64,000 nucleotides of DNA from assembly GCA_041178085.1 (NCBI GenBank), contig JBEGVZ010000104.1, positions 3,719 to 67,718 on the forward strand, in the 5' to 3' direction. The notes beneath the pieces were generated by a model. That model had not been told where the DNA came from, ran no database searches, and saw nothing but the letters and a program-made list of their open reading frames with translations. Below are positions 18,601-27,375 of this stretch, one piece after another (positions within the stretch are counted from its first letter, which is position 1; each line of letters begins with the position of its first letter). Origin of the DNA: Pseudomonadota bacterium. Lineage in GTDB: Bacteria; Bdellovibrionota_B; Oligoflexia; Oligoflexales; RGVZ01. The position numbers and the translations under genes were made by a program.

Positions 18601-19548
18601 TCAGGCGTCGGCTTCCAACAGTTCCCTCTTCTCTTGGAGCCTCTCTTGGAGCCTCTCTTGGAGCCTCTCTTGGAGCTTCTCCTTGAGCTTCTCCTTGAGC
18701 TTCTCCCGGTGCACCCAGACGAAGAAAACCGCAGTCATGGCAATGAGATCCATGAATTCCCCCGGCACCCACATGATCAGGCCGCCCAGGTGCTGGTCGA
18801 CATGATGGCCCCAGGTCCACCACCCAGGCACAGGACGTCCCTCGTAGGCATACCAGACCCGGTCGGCAAAGGTGAGGGCAACGGACAAGCCGACACTCGT
18901 GGCCATGATCGAGATCAAGAAAAGAATCCGCGCAGGCAAGGGCAAAGGCGCCTTCATCGGGTGCGGGTCTATGATGTTACGCCACAGCAAGATGGACGTG
19001 ATCGAGAACGTCCCGTGCTGGATCAGGTGATAGTAGTCATTAAGAAGGGCCAGATTGTACCAATAAGGAACATGCCAGAAGAAGAAATTGGCTTGGAACA
19101 GGATCAAGGCCGGCAGTGGCCGACTCAGGAAATTGAACACCCACATCAGCCTCCGCTGGCGGACCAGGGGGAAATAGACATGGCGTCGGGTCCAGGGCGA
19201 AATACCCCGAATCACGATGAAAAAAGGAATCCCAAGCATCATCAGGGGCACGCCGATATTGGTAACCATCAGGTGCTGGATCATGTGGACGAAGAACAGC
19301 TGGTCCGAAAGGGGGTCGATGGGCGGTACCAGGGACAGTATCAAGACCACTATGCCAGCGTAAAAACTGGCAATCTGCCATTTCTTGACCGGAAGCGGAC
19401 CCCGAAAGGCCTTGAGGCCACGCCAATACAGCCATGCCATGATCACAAACAAGATCAGAGCCGGATCCCAAGCCCATTTGACCACAAAAGACCCTTCGGG
19501 GAGGCGATCATAAAGGTCGTGGGCGTATGCGGTGCTGCTGAAAAACAT
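18601..19548 (-). CDS. ctaG: caa3-type cytochrome c oxidase assembly factor CtaG
   Basis: LFFVHMIQH, FWHVP, DQHLGGLIMWVPG; follows the oxidase subunits. Confidence 0.88.
   Translation of the reverse strand: MFFSSTAYAHDLYDRLPEGSFVVKWAWDPALILFVIMAWLYWRGLKAFRGPLPVKKWQIASFYAGIVVLILSLVPPIDPLSDQLFFVHMIQHLMVTNIGVPLMMLGIPFFIVIRGISPWTRRHVYFPLVRQRRLMWVFNFLSRPLPALILFQANFFFWHVPYWYNLALLNDYYHLIQHGTFSITSILLWRNIIDPHPMKAPLPLPARILFLISIMATSVGLSVALTFADRVWYAYEGRPVPGWWTWGHHVDQHLGGLIMWVPGEFMDLIAMTAVFFVWVHREKLKEKLKEKLQERLQERLQERLQEKRELLEADA
18631..18702. repeat. 12-bp tandem repeat x6 in the 3' end of ctaG
   Basis: CTCTTGGAGCCT x3, CTCTTGGAGCTT, CTCCTTGAGCTT x2; encodes KLKE-KLKE-KLQE-RLQE-RLQE-RLQE. Confidence 0.95.
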
Positions 19549-19651
19549 TTGGGGCTCCCGGGAGGTTCAACTCCTGAGGCCCCAAACTACCCCGGACAGG
19601 ATCCGGGTCAAGCTGAATCGAACCGCACAAAAACCAAGTCCTCTGACAACC

Positions 19652-20053
19652 TCAGGGGGTCGAGGGCGCCGCGTCGGGGGCGGCAGCCGGCGTTTCGCCG
19701 ATTCTGAAGCAATCAGGCTTCAGGGCATCGCACTCCTTGGGGTGAACCACGAAGTGAAGCACCAGGAAAGTTGCAGATGCCATCACCATGCCGGCCAGTA
19801 GCATGTTGGTCAGCACCTTGTTGTCGTAACGAAGGTGCATGTACCAGCCACAGACCATGGCGAATTTGATCAAGGACATGGCTATCAGCGAAATAACCAG
19901 TACCTGGTTGGAAATGCCAAGAGCATCCTTTTTCTTGAAAATCCACCACTCCATGAACGTAATCACACAAAGAATCACGGCAAAAACAATGTAAAGCTTC
20001 ACTGAAGCATGTTCTTTTTCACCGTGAGAATGGCCAGCTGCATGAGAACTCAT
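19652..20053 (-). CDS. ctaF: Cytochrome c oxidase subunit IV family
   Basis: Three TM helices, KFAMVCGWYMHLRYD motif; operon position. Confidence 0.85.
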   Translation of the reverse strand: MSSHAAGHSHGEKEHASVKLYIVFAVILCVITFMEWWIFKKKDALGISNQVLVISLIAMSLIKFAMVCGWYMHLRYDNKVLTNMLLAGMVMASATFLVLHFVVHPKECDALKPDCFRIGETPAAAPDAAPSTP

Positions 20054-20073
20054 AAGGAATTCCTTTCCTTCTG

Positions 20074-20709
20074 TCAGACGTATACGAACAGATAAACAAC
20101 GGTGAAAATGATGATCCAAACCACGTCGACAAAGTGCCAGTAAAGCCCTGCCACTTCGACCATGGTCGAATTAAACCACTTTTCACCTTTCACCAAGGAC
20201 GTGACCAGGATGGCAAGCATCCAGATCACCCCGACTGTCACGTGAGCACCGTGACACCCAGTCAGCACATAAAAACTGGAGGCAAAAATGTTGGTGGAAA
20301 GGCCAAGACCATCCTTCAACACGAAAGTACTGAATTCGTGGTACTGGAAGCCAAGGAAAATCAGACCACCAATGGCTACAATGGCAGTCCAGAACTGGAA
20401 GAGGCGCAAGCGCTTTTCATTGCAATAATGCAGGGCGAGCACCATTGCCACAGAACTCATCAACAGATCGAAAGTACTTAGGGTCGTGATATCGATCTCA
20501 TAGACCTGCTGGGGTGTAGGGCCGGAAACACTGCGATTTTTGTGAATCAGGTAGTTGCCGATCAGCGTCCCGAACAAAAAGCATTCGGACGCGATCAGGG
20601 TCCACATGGCGAATTTGCGATTGTCCACGCCCGTATTGGTCGGATGCGCATGGGCATCGTGGCCATGGGCCGCCAGTGCGGAACCTGTGTGGTGAGAGTC
20701 GAGCATCAC
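20074..20709 (-). CDS. ctaE: Cytochrome c oxidase subunit III
   Basis: ASECFLFG, TGCHGAHV, LYWHFVDVVW. Confidence 0.95.
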   Translation of the reverse strand: MMLDSHHTGSALAAHGHDAHAHPTNTGVDNRKFAMWTLIASECFLFGTLIGNYLIHKNRSVSGPTPQQVYEIDITTLSTFDLLMSSVAMVLALHYCNEKRLRLFQFWTAIVAIGGLIFLGFQYHEFSTFVLKDGLGLSTNIFASSFYVLTGCHGAHVTVGVIWMLAILVTSLVKGEKWFNSTMVEVAGLYWHFVDVVWIIIFTVVYLFVYV

Positions 20710-20747
20710 TATATCTTCTCCTGTGTCAGGCTTCGTGTCTTCTCAGA

Positions 20748-22568
20748 TCAAGGTTTTTCGTACGACCAGCCAAACGACGCGCCAAGCACCACCAGTGCCC
20801 CGGTCACGCTCGTGCCAATTGCCACCGCGGTGCCAAAGCTGGGCAGGAAGAACCCCGTGCCAATCAAGAGAATCCCGAAAGCCAGCACAATGGGCCAGAA
20901 TGAGGGGTTCGGCAGGTGAATCTTCGAGATGTCAACCTTGGGCGGAGGCGGCAGCGTCTTGCGCTTGCCATCTTCCGTGTATTTCTGATGCCAGAAATCA
21001 TCGAGGTGCTTGACCGTCGGGATGACGTCGAAATTGTGCTCGGGCGGCGGCGACGGCAATGCCCACTCGAGCGTGCGGCCGTCCCATGGATCGTTGCCGG
21101 CAACCTTGCCCTTCCAGAGGCTCCAGAAGACGTTGACGGCGAACAGGATCGCACCAACTGCAGTCATGTAGGCACCCATCGTACAGACCACGTTCCAAAG
21201 ATTCCAACCCTGGTCAGGAGCGTAGGTGTAAATACGCCTTGGCATGCCCTGCAAACCAAGGAAGTGCATCGGGAAGAACGTCAGGTTGAAACCGAGCATG
21301 TACAGCCAGAACTGGATCTTGCCCAGGGTCTCGTTCATCATCCTGCCAGTGACTTTCGGGAACCAGTAATAAATGCCGCCGAAAAGTGCCATCACGGCGC
21401 CGCCGTAAAGGACGTAGTGGAAGTGGGCGACGACGAAGTAAGTGTCGTGATGCTGGGTGTCGATGGCGGGTGACGAGTGCATAATTCCCGACAGGCCGCC
21501 GAAAGTGAACATCGCAACGAAGCTGATCGCGTACATTGCCGCAGTGGTGAAGCGGATTTTTCCACCCCAAAGGGTTGAGATCCAGTTGAAGATTTTCACA
21601 CCGGTCGGGACGGCGATCAACATGGTCGCTGCCGAGAACAGCGCATTGGCCCAGGGGCCCATGCCGACCGTGAACATGTGGTGCGCCCACACGGCAAAGC
21701 CAAGGAACCCGATCGCGCAGGTGGAGTAAACCATGACCGTGTAACCGAAAAGCGGCTTGCGGCTGAACGTGGACAGGATCTCAGACACGATCCCCATGCC
21801 CGGAAGAATCAGGATGTACACTTCGGGGTGGCCGAATACCCAGAACAAGTGCTCCCACATCAGGACGTAACCACCTGCACCTGGATCGAAGAAACCCGTC
21901 CCAAAGGCACGGTCGAACGACAACATCACACAGGCCACTGTGATCACCGGCAAGGCCAGAATCAGCAACACCTGGGTTGCCAAGGTCGTCCAAATGAAAA
22001 TCGGCATCTTGAGCAGCGTCATGCCGGGGGCACGCATGTTGATGATGGTCGTAAAAAAGTTAATGGCCGCAATCAGTGACGCCAGACCAAGAATCTGAAT
22101 ACCCCAGACCCAGAAGTCTACCGACACGGTCGGGCTGTATTGTTTGAGCGTCAGATTAGCGTAGGCGAACCAGCCAACGTTCGGCATCTGACCGATCAAG
22201 TATGAGAAGTTCAGCAGCAAACCGCCGAACAAGAAAATCCAGAAGCTCAATGCGTTGAGTCGCGGGAAGGCGACGTCGGGAGCACCGATCATGAGGGGCG
22301 TGAAATAGTTAAAAAACGCGGCACTGAGCGGCATGATGAACAAAAAGATCATCGAAGTGCCGTGCATGGTGACCAGGCCATTGTAGGTTTCCGCGGAGAT
22401 GATGCCGTTGTTTGGCATCGCCAGCTGCGTGCGCATGAGCAGCGCGTCGATTCCTGCGATCACCAGAAAGGCCAGCGATGATACGGCATAGAGAATGCCG
22501 ATCCGCTTATGGTCCACCGTGGTGATCCAGCTCCAGATTCCTGTTTTCGGATGTGCGTGTGCAGACAT
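20748..22568 (-). CDS. ctaD: Cytochrome c oxidase subunit I (A1 type)
   Basis: TVDHKRIG, FGHPEVY, WAHH, AHFHY, GMPRR. Confidence 0.97.
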   Translation of the reverse strand: MSAHAHPKTGIWSWITTVDHKRIGILYAVSSLAFLVIAGIDALLMRTQLAMPNNGIISAETYNGLVTMHGTSMIFLFIMPLSAAFFNYFTPLMIGAPDVAFPRLNALSFWIFLFGGLLLNFSYLIGQMPNVGWFAYANLTLKQYSPTVSVDFWVWGIQILGLASLIAAINFFTTIINMRAPGMTLLKMPIFIWTTLATQVLLILALPVITVACVMLSFDRAFGTGFFDPGAGGYVLMWEHLFWVFGHPEVYILILPGMGIVSEILSTFSRKPLFGYTVMVYSTCAIGFLGFAVWAHHMFTVGMGPWANALFSAATMLIAVPTGVKIFNWISTLWGGKIRFTTAAMYAISFVAMFTFGGLSGIMHSSPAIDTQHHDTYFVVAHFHYVLYGGAVMALFGGIYYWFPKVTGRMMNETLGKIQFWLYMLGFNLTFFPMHFLGLQGMPRRIYTYAPDQGWNLWNVVCTMGAYMTAVGAILFAVNVFWSLWKGKVAGNDPWDGRTLEWALPSPPPEHNFDVIPTVKHLDDFWHQKYTEDGKRKTLPPPPKVDISKIHLPNPSFWPIVLAFGILLIGTGFFLPSFGTAVAIGTSVTGALVVLGASFGWSYEKP

Positions 22569-22591
22569 GTGTCAACTTCCTTCGCGAAGCT

Positions 22592-23731
22592 TTAATAGGT
22601 CTTGTAAGTCGATTGGCGGAGATACGCAGTCAGCGCCTTGATCTCCGGTTCCGTCAGCCCCAGGTTAGGCATGAGCGACCCGGGCTTGAGTTCCATCGGG
22701 TTGCGCAGCCAAACGGCCAGGTTGTCATCCGTATTCTTGCGTGTACCGGCCGCCAGGTGTGAACGGGATCCAAAGTTGGACAGGTTCGGACCGATCTTGT
22801 CACCCGGGATGCTGGCGCTCGGCGTGCCTTCGATCACGTGGCAGGCGACACAGCGGGCGAACAACTGCTCCCCTTCGCGCTGTGATGCAGTTTCGACTTT
22901 GGGCGCCGTGTTATGCGCCTTCACCCAGCGGTCGAAACCTTCTTTCGTGTGCACCACACCAACATGGCGCATCAGGGCATGGGAGGAACCACAAAGCTCA
23001 GCGCATTGCCCCTGGTAGTAGTCTCCACCAGCGACTTCAGGCTGTACAGCCAACGGAGTCGTGAAAGCAAGGCGGTTGATGTTGCCGTTGATGGCCGAGG
23101 TTTTGCCGCCAAATCGAGGAATCCAGAAGGAATGCGAAACGTCCGCCGAAGTGATCGTCAATTCAACTGGCGTATTCTCAGGAAGGTGCAGTTCGAAAGC
23201 TGTCTTGATGCCGTAGTCGGGGTATTGGAACTCCCACCACCACTGGTGACCTATCACGTGAACCTTGACGGCGTCTTCACGGACCGGACGGCCTTCGTGC
23301 TTGAAGATGTATTTCCAGGTGGGGACTGCGATGAAGATGAGCAGAACCACCGGGATCACGGTCCACAGGAACTCCAGCGCGACGTTACCGTGCAACTGCT
23401 TGGGTGGAGTGTCGTCACCCTCTTTCGCCCGGAAGCGATAAAGCGTGTACACGAGAGGGACAGCGACGGCGAAAAAAATCCCGATCGTGACAACCGTTGT
23501 GATCAGATAGACGTGGTTGATGTCACGCGACCATTCAGTCAACCCCGCAATCGTTGACATCGGGCTGTCGAAGCCACCGTCGATCTTGTAGGGGGCCTCG
23601 TCGAACGATTTTTGCGCCCATGCAGATGCCGACACCAGCCATGCCATCGAGGCAAGCCCGGTGCGTTGCAGCAGACCCATCAACCTTGCGACAGATGAAC
23701 CTGGGATTCCGGTTTTTCTTCTCATTTGCAC
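22592..23731 (-). CDS. ctaC: Cytochrome c oxidase subunit II with fused cytochrome c (caa3)
   Basis: HQWWW, DVSHSFW, CuA motif CAELCGSSHALM, C-terminal CVACH heme motif; exact start uncertain. Confidence 0.95.
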   Translation of the reverse strand: MQMRRKTGIPGSSVARLMGLLQRTGLASMAWLVSASAWAQKSFDEAPYKIDGGFDSPMSTIAGLTEWSRDINHVYLITTVVTIGIFFAVAVPLVYTLYRFRAKEGDDTPPKQLHGNVALEFLWTVIPVVLLIFIAVPTWKYIFKHEGRPVREDAVKVHVIGHQWWWEFQYPDYGIKTAFELHLPENTPVELTITSADVSHSFWIPRFGGKTSAINGNINRLAFTTPLAVQPEVAGGDYYQGQCAELCGSSHALMRHVGVVHTKEGFDRWVKAHNTAPKVETASQREGEQLFARCVACHVIEGTPSASIPGDKIGPNLSNFGSRSHLAAGTRKNTDDNLAVWLRNPMELKPGSLMPNLGLTEPEIKALTAYLRQSTYKTY

Positions 23732-23768
23732 TTCCCTGACTGATTTCGCTTACGCCAACAATTTCGAT

Positions 23769-24209
23769 TCAATCCTGGATTTTGACTTCCAGGGGAACTT
23801 TCACAGATTTTCCAGAGACGACAAAATCAAGGACCCACTTGCCCGGCATATGTAGTTTCACGCCATCCACGGAGAACTGGCCCGCGGAGTCACTTTTGAC
23901 CACAGGCTTCGTCACCATACCGTGATTGTGTTCGGGCATGCGTGCGTCAAACGATTCAAGCTTGAACGACGATGGGGCCGGTTGACCGTCCTTACCAATC
24001 AGGCGAACCTTTAGTTTCAGGATCTTGTCGGGGCCGATGCGCGCCGGTTTGCCGCCTTGCTCTGCCGACCAGGCAAGCGATACCGGAATCCCGGGGATCT
24101 CGTAGGTTTGGGAGTTCGACTTGGCATCGCCTTGCGATCCGCGCGCGATCGCGCTAGATGCAACGAGGAAGAGGACTGCGGACAGGAACTTTCCGTTGAT
24201 TCTCTTCAA
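23769..24209 (-). CDS. Exported YtkA/FixH-like protein
   Basis: TTG start with GGAG RBS, signal peptide, DARMPEHNHGM and LHMPGKW motifs. Confidence 0.75.
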   Translation of the reverse strand: MKRINGKFLSAVLFLVASSAIARGSQGDAKSNSQTYEIPGIPVSLAWSAEQGGKPARIGPDKILKLKVRLIGKDGQPAPSSFKLESFDARMPEHNHGMVTKPVVKSDSAGQFSVDGVKLHMPGKWVLDFVVSGKSVKVPLEVKIQD

Positions 24210-24285
24210 GGAACGACTTCTCCACAACTGAGCAGAAGCAATATCCACCCACAGGCGGCCAGTGCAAGAGACACATAAGAGTACC

Positions 24286-25776
24286 ATGAAAGGGATAAAC
24301 CCCCGCACGGCTTTTCGCAATAAAAAGTCTTTTGGTGGTGGCATGTTGCGGCCCGTTTTGCGAGTCATTCTCATCACTGGTACGGCTGCCGCTTTTTTAA
24401 TCACCTACATCGGTATCCTGGACCCCCAACCCGCCAGCCGGAAACCCATGAGCGACAGGGATCTGCGCCAGATCGTCGCCGGCATGGCACTGACCAGTCC
24501 ACCGCGGCCTCGACCAGGATCCGTCGAGGCGCAGCGCGCCCACATCGGACGACGCCTCTTTTTCGACACCCGTCTGTCCGCCAACCAGCAGGTCGCCTGC
24601 AGCACTTGCCACCAGCCGGACAAATCCTTCACGGACGGACTGCCAGTTGCCAAAGGCATGGGCCTGACGGCGCGAAACGCTCCGACCATCATCAACACCT
24701 TCAAGTCGCCCTGGTTTTTCTGGGATGGCCGTGCAGACTCACTGGAAGCACAAGCCATCGGTCCCCTGGAAAACGCAGAGGAGCATGGGCTAGACCGTGC
24801 AAGCCTTGCCGCAATCTTGCGCCAGAATTACGGCACAGAGTTGCTCGCCTACTTCCCGGCCAGACCTGCCACCGCACGGCCTGAAACGCGGCAAGATTTG
24901 CAAACAGGAAATCTGGACGCATACGTCCTGGCCACCACCGGACCTTACCGCCGGCTGACTGAGATCCTGAAATTTGCCGCCAACGTGGGAATCCAGCCGT
25001 CCCAGGCCATAGGGCAGATCCTTGCGCCGCAACCAGCGGGTGGCTCCCGCATAGACGACGACCTGACGGTTGCCCGTGCCGCGCTTGCACTCGCCGCATG
25101 GGAGAAATTGCAGGTTGCGAACCAGTCAACTTTCGACCGCTTCGTCAATGGCGTGATCAACACACAGGAAAAAAACCTTGAACAGCTGTCCGCGGAAACT
25201 GGATTTGGTCCCGATGCGCTGGCCGGACTACGCATTTTTACCGGCAAGGGCAATTGCATCCTTTGCCACCGCGGACCGACACTCTCGGATCATGAATTTC
25301 ACAACATTGGACTGGGTGACACGCCGCGGCAGGAACAGCTGGAAATCAAGGCTTGGGTTGCCGATGTCGCTGGCCGCGCCAAGGGACTTGACGAAGTCCT
25401 GTCGTCACCCTGGAATTGCCGTTCCCCTGCCTGGCGCCAACTAGACAACGCCCGGGAAGCTCAAGTGCGTGCAGACATGCCCGCATGCCAGGAAATGATT
25501 TTTCTTGATCCCGGAAACCTGGAAAACACCGGCGCCTTCAAAACTCCGACATTGCGGAATGTTGCGCTCACAGCGCCCTACTTTCATGATGGGCGTGCCG
25601 CTACCCTTGACGATGTGATCAATCATTACGACCGCCTTGGAGAACCGGCCGTGGTAGGCCACCGCGAGGAAAGCCTGCGACCACTTTCCCTGACCGATAC
25701 GGAGAAGAAGCAACTCAAGGCATTTCTGGAATCGCTGACCTCGCCGGTCGAGGATCTAAGCCAGACAACGCATTGA
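24286..25776 (+). CDS. Di-heme cytochrome c peroxidase (bCcP/MauG superfamily)
   Basis: LFFDTRLS, CSTCH, FWDGRA, CILCH, FHNIG, FKTPTLRNV, PYFHDG; start uncertain. Confidence 0.9.
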   Translation: MKGINPRTAFRNKKSFGGGMLRPVLRVILITGTAAAFLITYIGILDPQPASRKPMSDRDLRQIVAGMALTSPPRPRPGSVEAQRAHIGRRLFFDTRLSANQQVACSTCHQPDKSFTDGLPVAKGMGLTARNAPTIINTFKSPWFFWDGRADSLEAQAIGPLENAEEHGLDRASLAAILRQNYGTELLAYFPARPATARPETRQDLQTGNLDAYVLATTGPYRRLTEILKFAANVGIQPSQAIGQILAPQPAGGSRIDDDLTVARAALALAAWEKLQVANQSTFDRFVNGVINTQEKNLEQLSAETGFGPDALAGLRIFTGKGNCILCHRGPTLSDHEFHNIGLGDTPRQEQLEIKAWVADVAGRAKGLDEVLSSPWNCRSPAWRQLDNAREAQVRADMPACQEMIFLDPGNLENTGAFKTPTLRNVALTAPYFHDGRAATLDDVINHYDRLGEPAVVGHREESLRPLSLTDTEKKQLKAFLESLTSPVEDLSQTTH

Positions 25777-25874
25777 ATATCTTCCCGGCCGATCCTTTCA
25801 ATGCCGTGACTGCTATTGCGGAATGGGTTCCTGCCTCCGCTTCTTGCATCTGAACATTCCGGGAGGATCCACTC

Positions 25875-26759
25875 ATGCGGATTGTGCTTGGAGTCAGTTC
25901 ACCAGAAAATCATGTCCACGCAATGCAACTCATCGCGGCCTTGCGATTTCCCAAAACGGAAATTCACGCAGTGCACGCCATCGACCGGCTCACCGGGCCC
26001 GAGTATTTCGGCCTGCAACCCGGATCAGGAGATCTTGCGGCACGCATCGAGCTGATGCAGCAACAAGGTGCCGAAGCACAGCTCCGTGACGCCGCGGCTG
26101 CATTGGAAAACCTTGGCATGCGGGCAATCCGCCGCGAAATCCTTGGAGGCTTCCCGGGGTCTGCGTTATGCCATTACGCCGACACCGTCAAAGCGGACTT
26201 GATTGCGCTGGGCTGGCAACAACATGGTCCGGTCGAGGGTTTGCTCGCAGGCAGCGTTGCGCGGAGCGTCATGGTCAACGCGCACCAAAGCGTCTTGATT
26301 GCGAAGAGGTCATACGGCCATGGTCCACTGAAATGCGTGCTGGCCACCGACCATTCGGAGTACATGGACAGTCGCGTCGCGCAGTTCATCTCCATGCATC
26401 CCGTTGGCATCAACGAAGTGACTGTGGTCAGCGCATTCCCTCAGCGCGTGGCCAACACGCTGGGATACTTGATGCCCGAAGCGGCAGGAGATGTCCGTCC
26501 GTGGATTGCGCAGAAGTTACAGGAAAAGAACGAGTTGCTGGTCAAACGGCTGCAGGACCTGGGGCCGGTTTCGTGCCAATCCGTTGTCACCGCGGAACCG
26601 GTCCACAAGGCGATTGCGACGGCCATGAAGGACACCAACGCAGACCTGCTGATCATGGGCGCGCACGGGCACGGATTCTATGCACGCGCGATGTTGGGCA
26701 GCATCAGCTACCAACAGGCAATTTACGAACCACATTCCTTGTTGGTGCTGCGGGGATAA
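25875..26759 (+). CDS. Universal stress protein (tandem USP domains)
   Basis: ADLIALG...GSVARSV and ADLLIMGAHG...LGSIS motifs. Confidence 0.88.
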   Translation: MRIVLGVSSPENHVHAMQLIAALRFPKTEIHAVHAIDRLTGPEYFGLQPGSGDLAARIELMQQQGAEAQLRDAAAALENLGMRAIRREILGGFPGSALCHYADTVKADLIALGWQQHGPVEGLLAGSVARSVMVNAHQSVLIAKRSYGHGPLKCVLATDHSEYMDSRVAQFISMHPVGINEVTVVSAFPQRVANTLGYLMPEAAGDVRPWIAQKLQEKNELLVKRLQDLGPVSCQSVVTAEPVHKAIATAMKDTNADLLIMGAHGHGFYARAMLGSISYQQAIYEPHSLLVLRG

Positions 26760-26787
26760 CTCGGGAAGCCATCGCAAATACAGACAA

Positions 26788-26824
26788 CAAAAAACCAGTG
26801 AGCCCCTGAGGGCCACTGGTTTCG
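26788..26824. terminator. Intrinsic terminator between convergent usp and rplX
   Basis: AAACCAGTG-AGCCC...GGGC-CACTGGTTT hairpin with flanking A-run. Confidence 0.7.
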
Positions 26825-26865
26825 TTCACTGCCGGGGTCCGACAGAGTTCGATGCAACACAGAAA

Positions 26866-27204
26866 TCAGTTAAGGATCGTGCCCGAGCCTTTGGCGAAGC
26901 GAACTTTTTTGCCGCCTTCAACCTTGTAACCAACACGGGTCGGCTTTTTGGTCTTGGGGTCGACCAAGGCAACCTTGCTGATGTGCAGCGGAGCTGCCTT
27001 GTCAACGATTCCACCTTCCTGATCGGACACGGATGGCTTCGTGTGACGCTTCACCAGATTGACGCCAGACACGTAAACCGCGTCATGCTTGCGGTCGATC
27101 CGGTCGATCTTGCCTTTCTGACCAGCACAGCGGCCTGAAAGAACCACAACTTCATCGCCTTTCTTCAGGCGGCACTTCACTTCTTGTTTGGTCACGACGC
27201 TCAT
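26866..27204 (-). CDS. rplX: 50S ribosomal protein L24
   Basis: KKGDEVVVLSG KOW motif, GVNLVKRHTKP, GGIVDKAAPLHISKV, TRVGYK. Confidence 0.95.
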   Translation of the reverse strand: MSVVTKQEVKCRLKKGDEVVVLSGRCAGQKGKIDRIDRKHDAVYVSGVNLVKRHTKPSVSDQEGGIVDKAAPLHISKVALVDPKTKKPTRVGYKVEGGKKVRFAKGSGTILN

Positions 27205-27375
27205 GGGTACTCTTCCGATACGTTCATAAATGGAATCCGGTGTTTATGCCAAACACCGGGTCACGTCAAGCAGGATCCCACGCAAAAGATGCCGCCGCCC
27301 CAATCTTAGGTTACGCCTCCAAGGGACATCTGCTACCATCTGGCAACTGGCCAATTTCTTTGAGGATTGGACAAC

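Noticed and set aside
18631-18702. Possible CRISPR array
   Set aside because: 12-bp contiguous units without spacers, in frame within ctaG; no cas genes.
18634-19707. 357-aa plus-strand ORF and similar long antisense ORFs (e.g. 51161-51973, 56580-57488)
   Set aside because: Shadow frames of well-supported genes in GC-rich DNA; no motifs.
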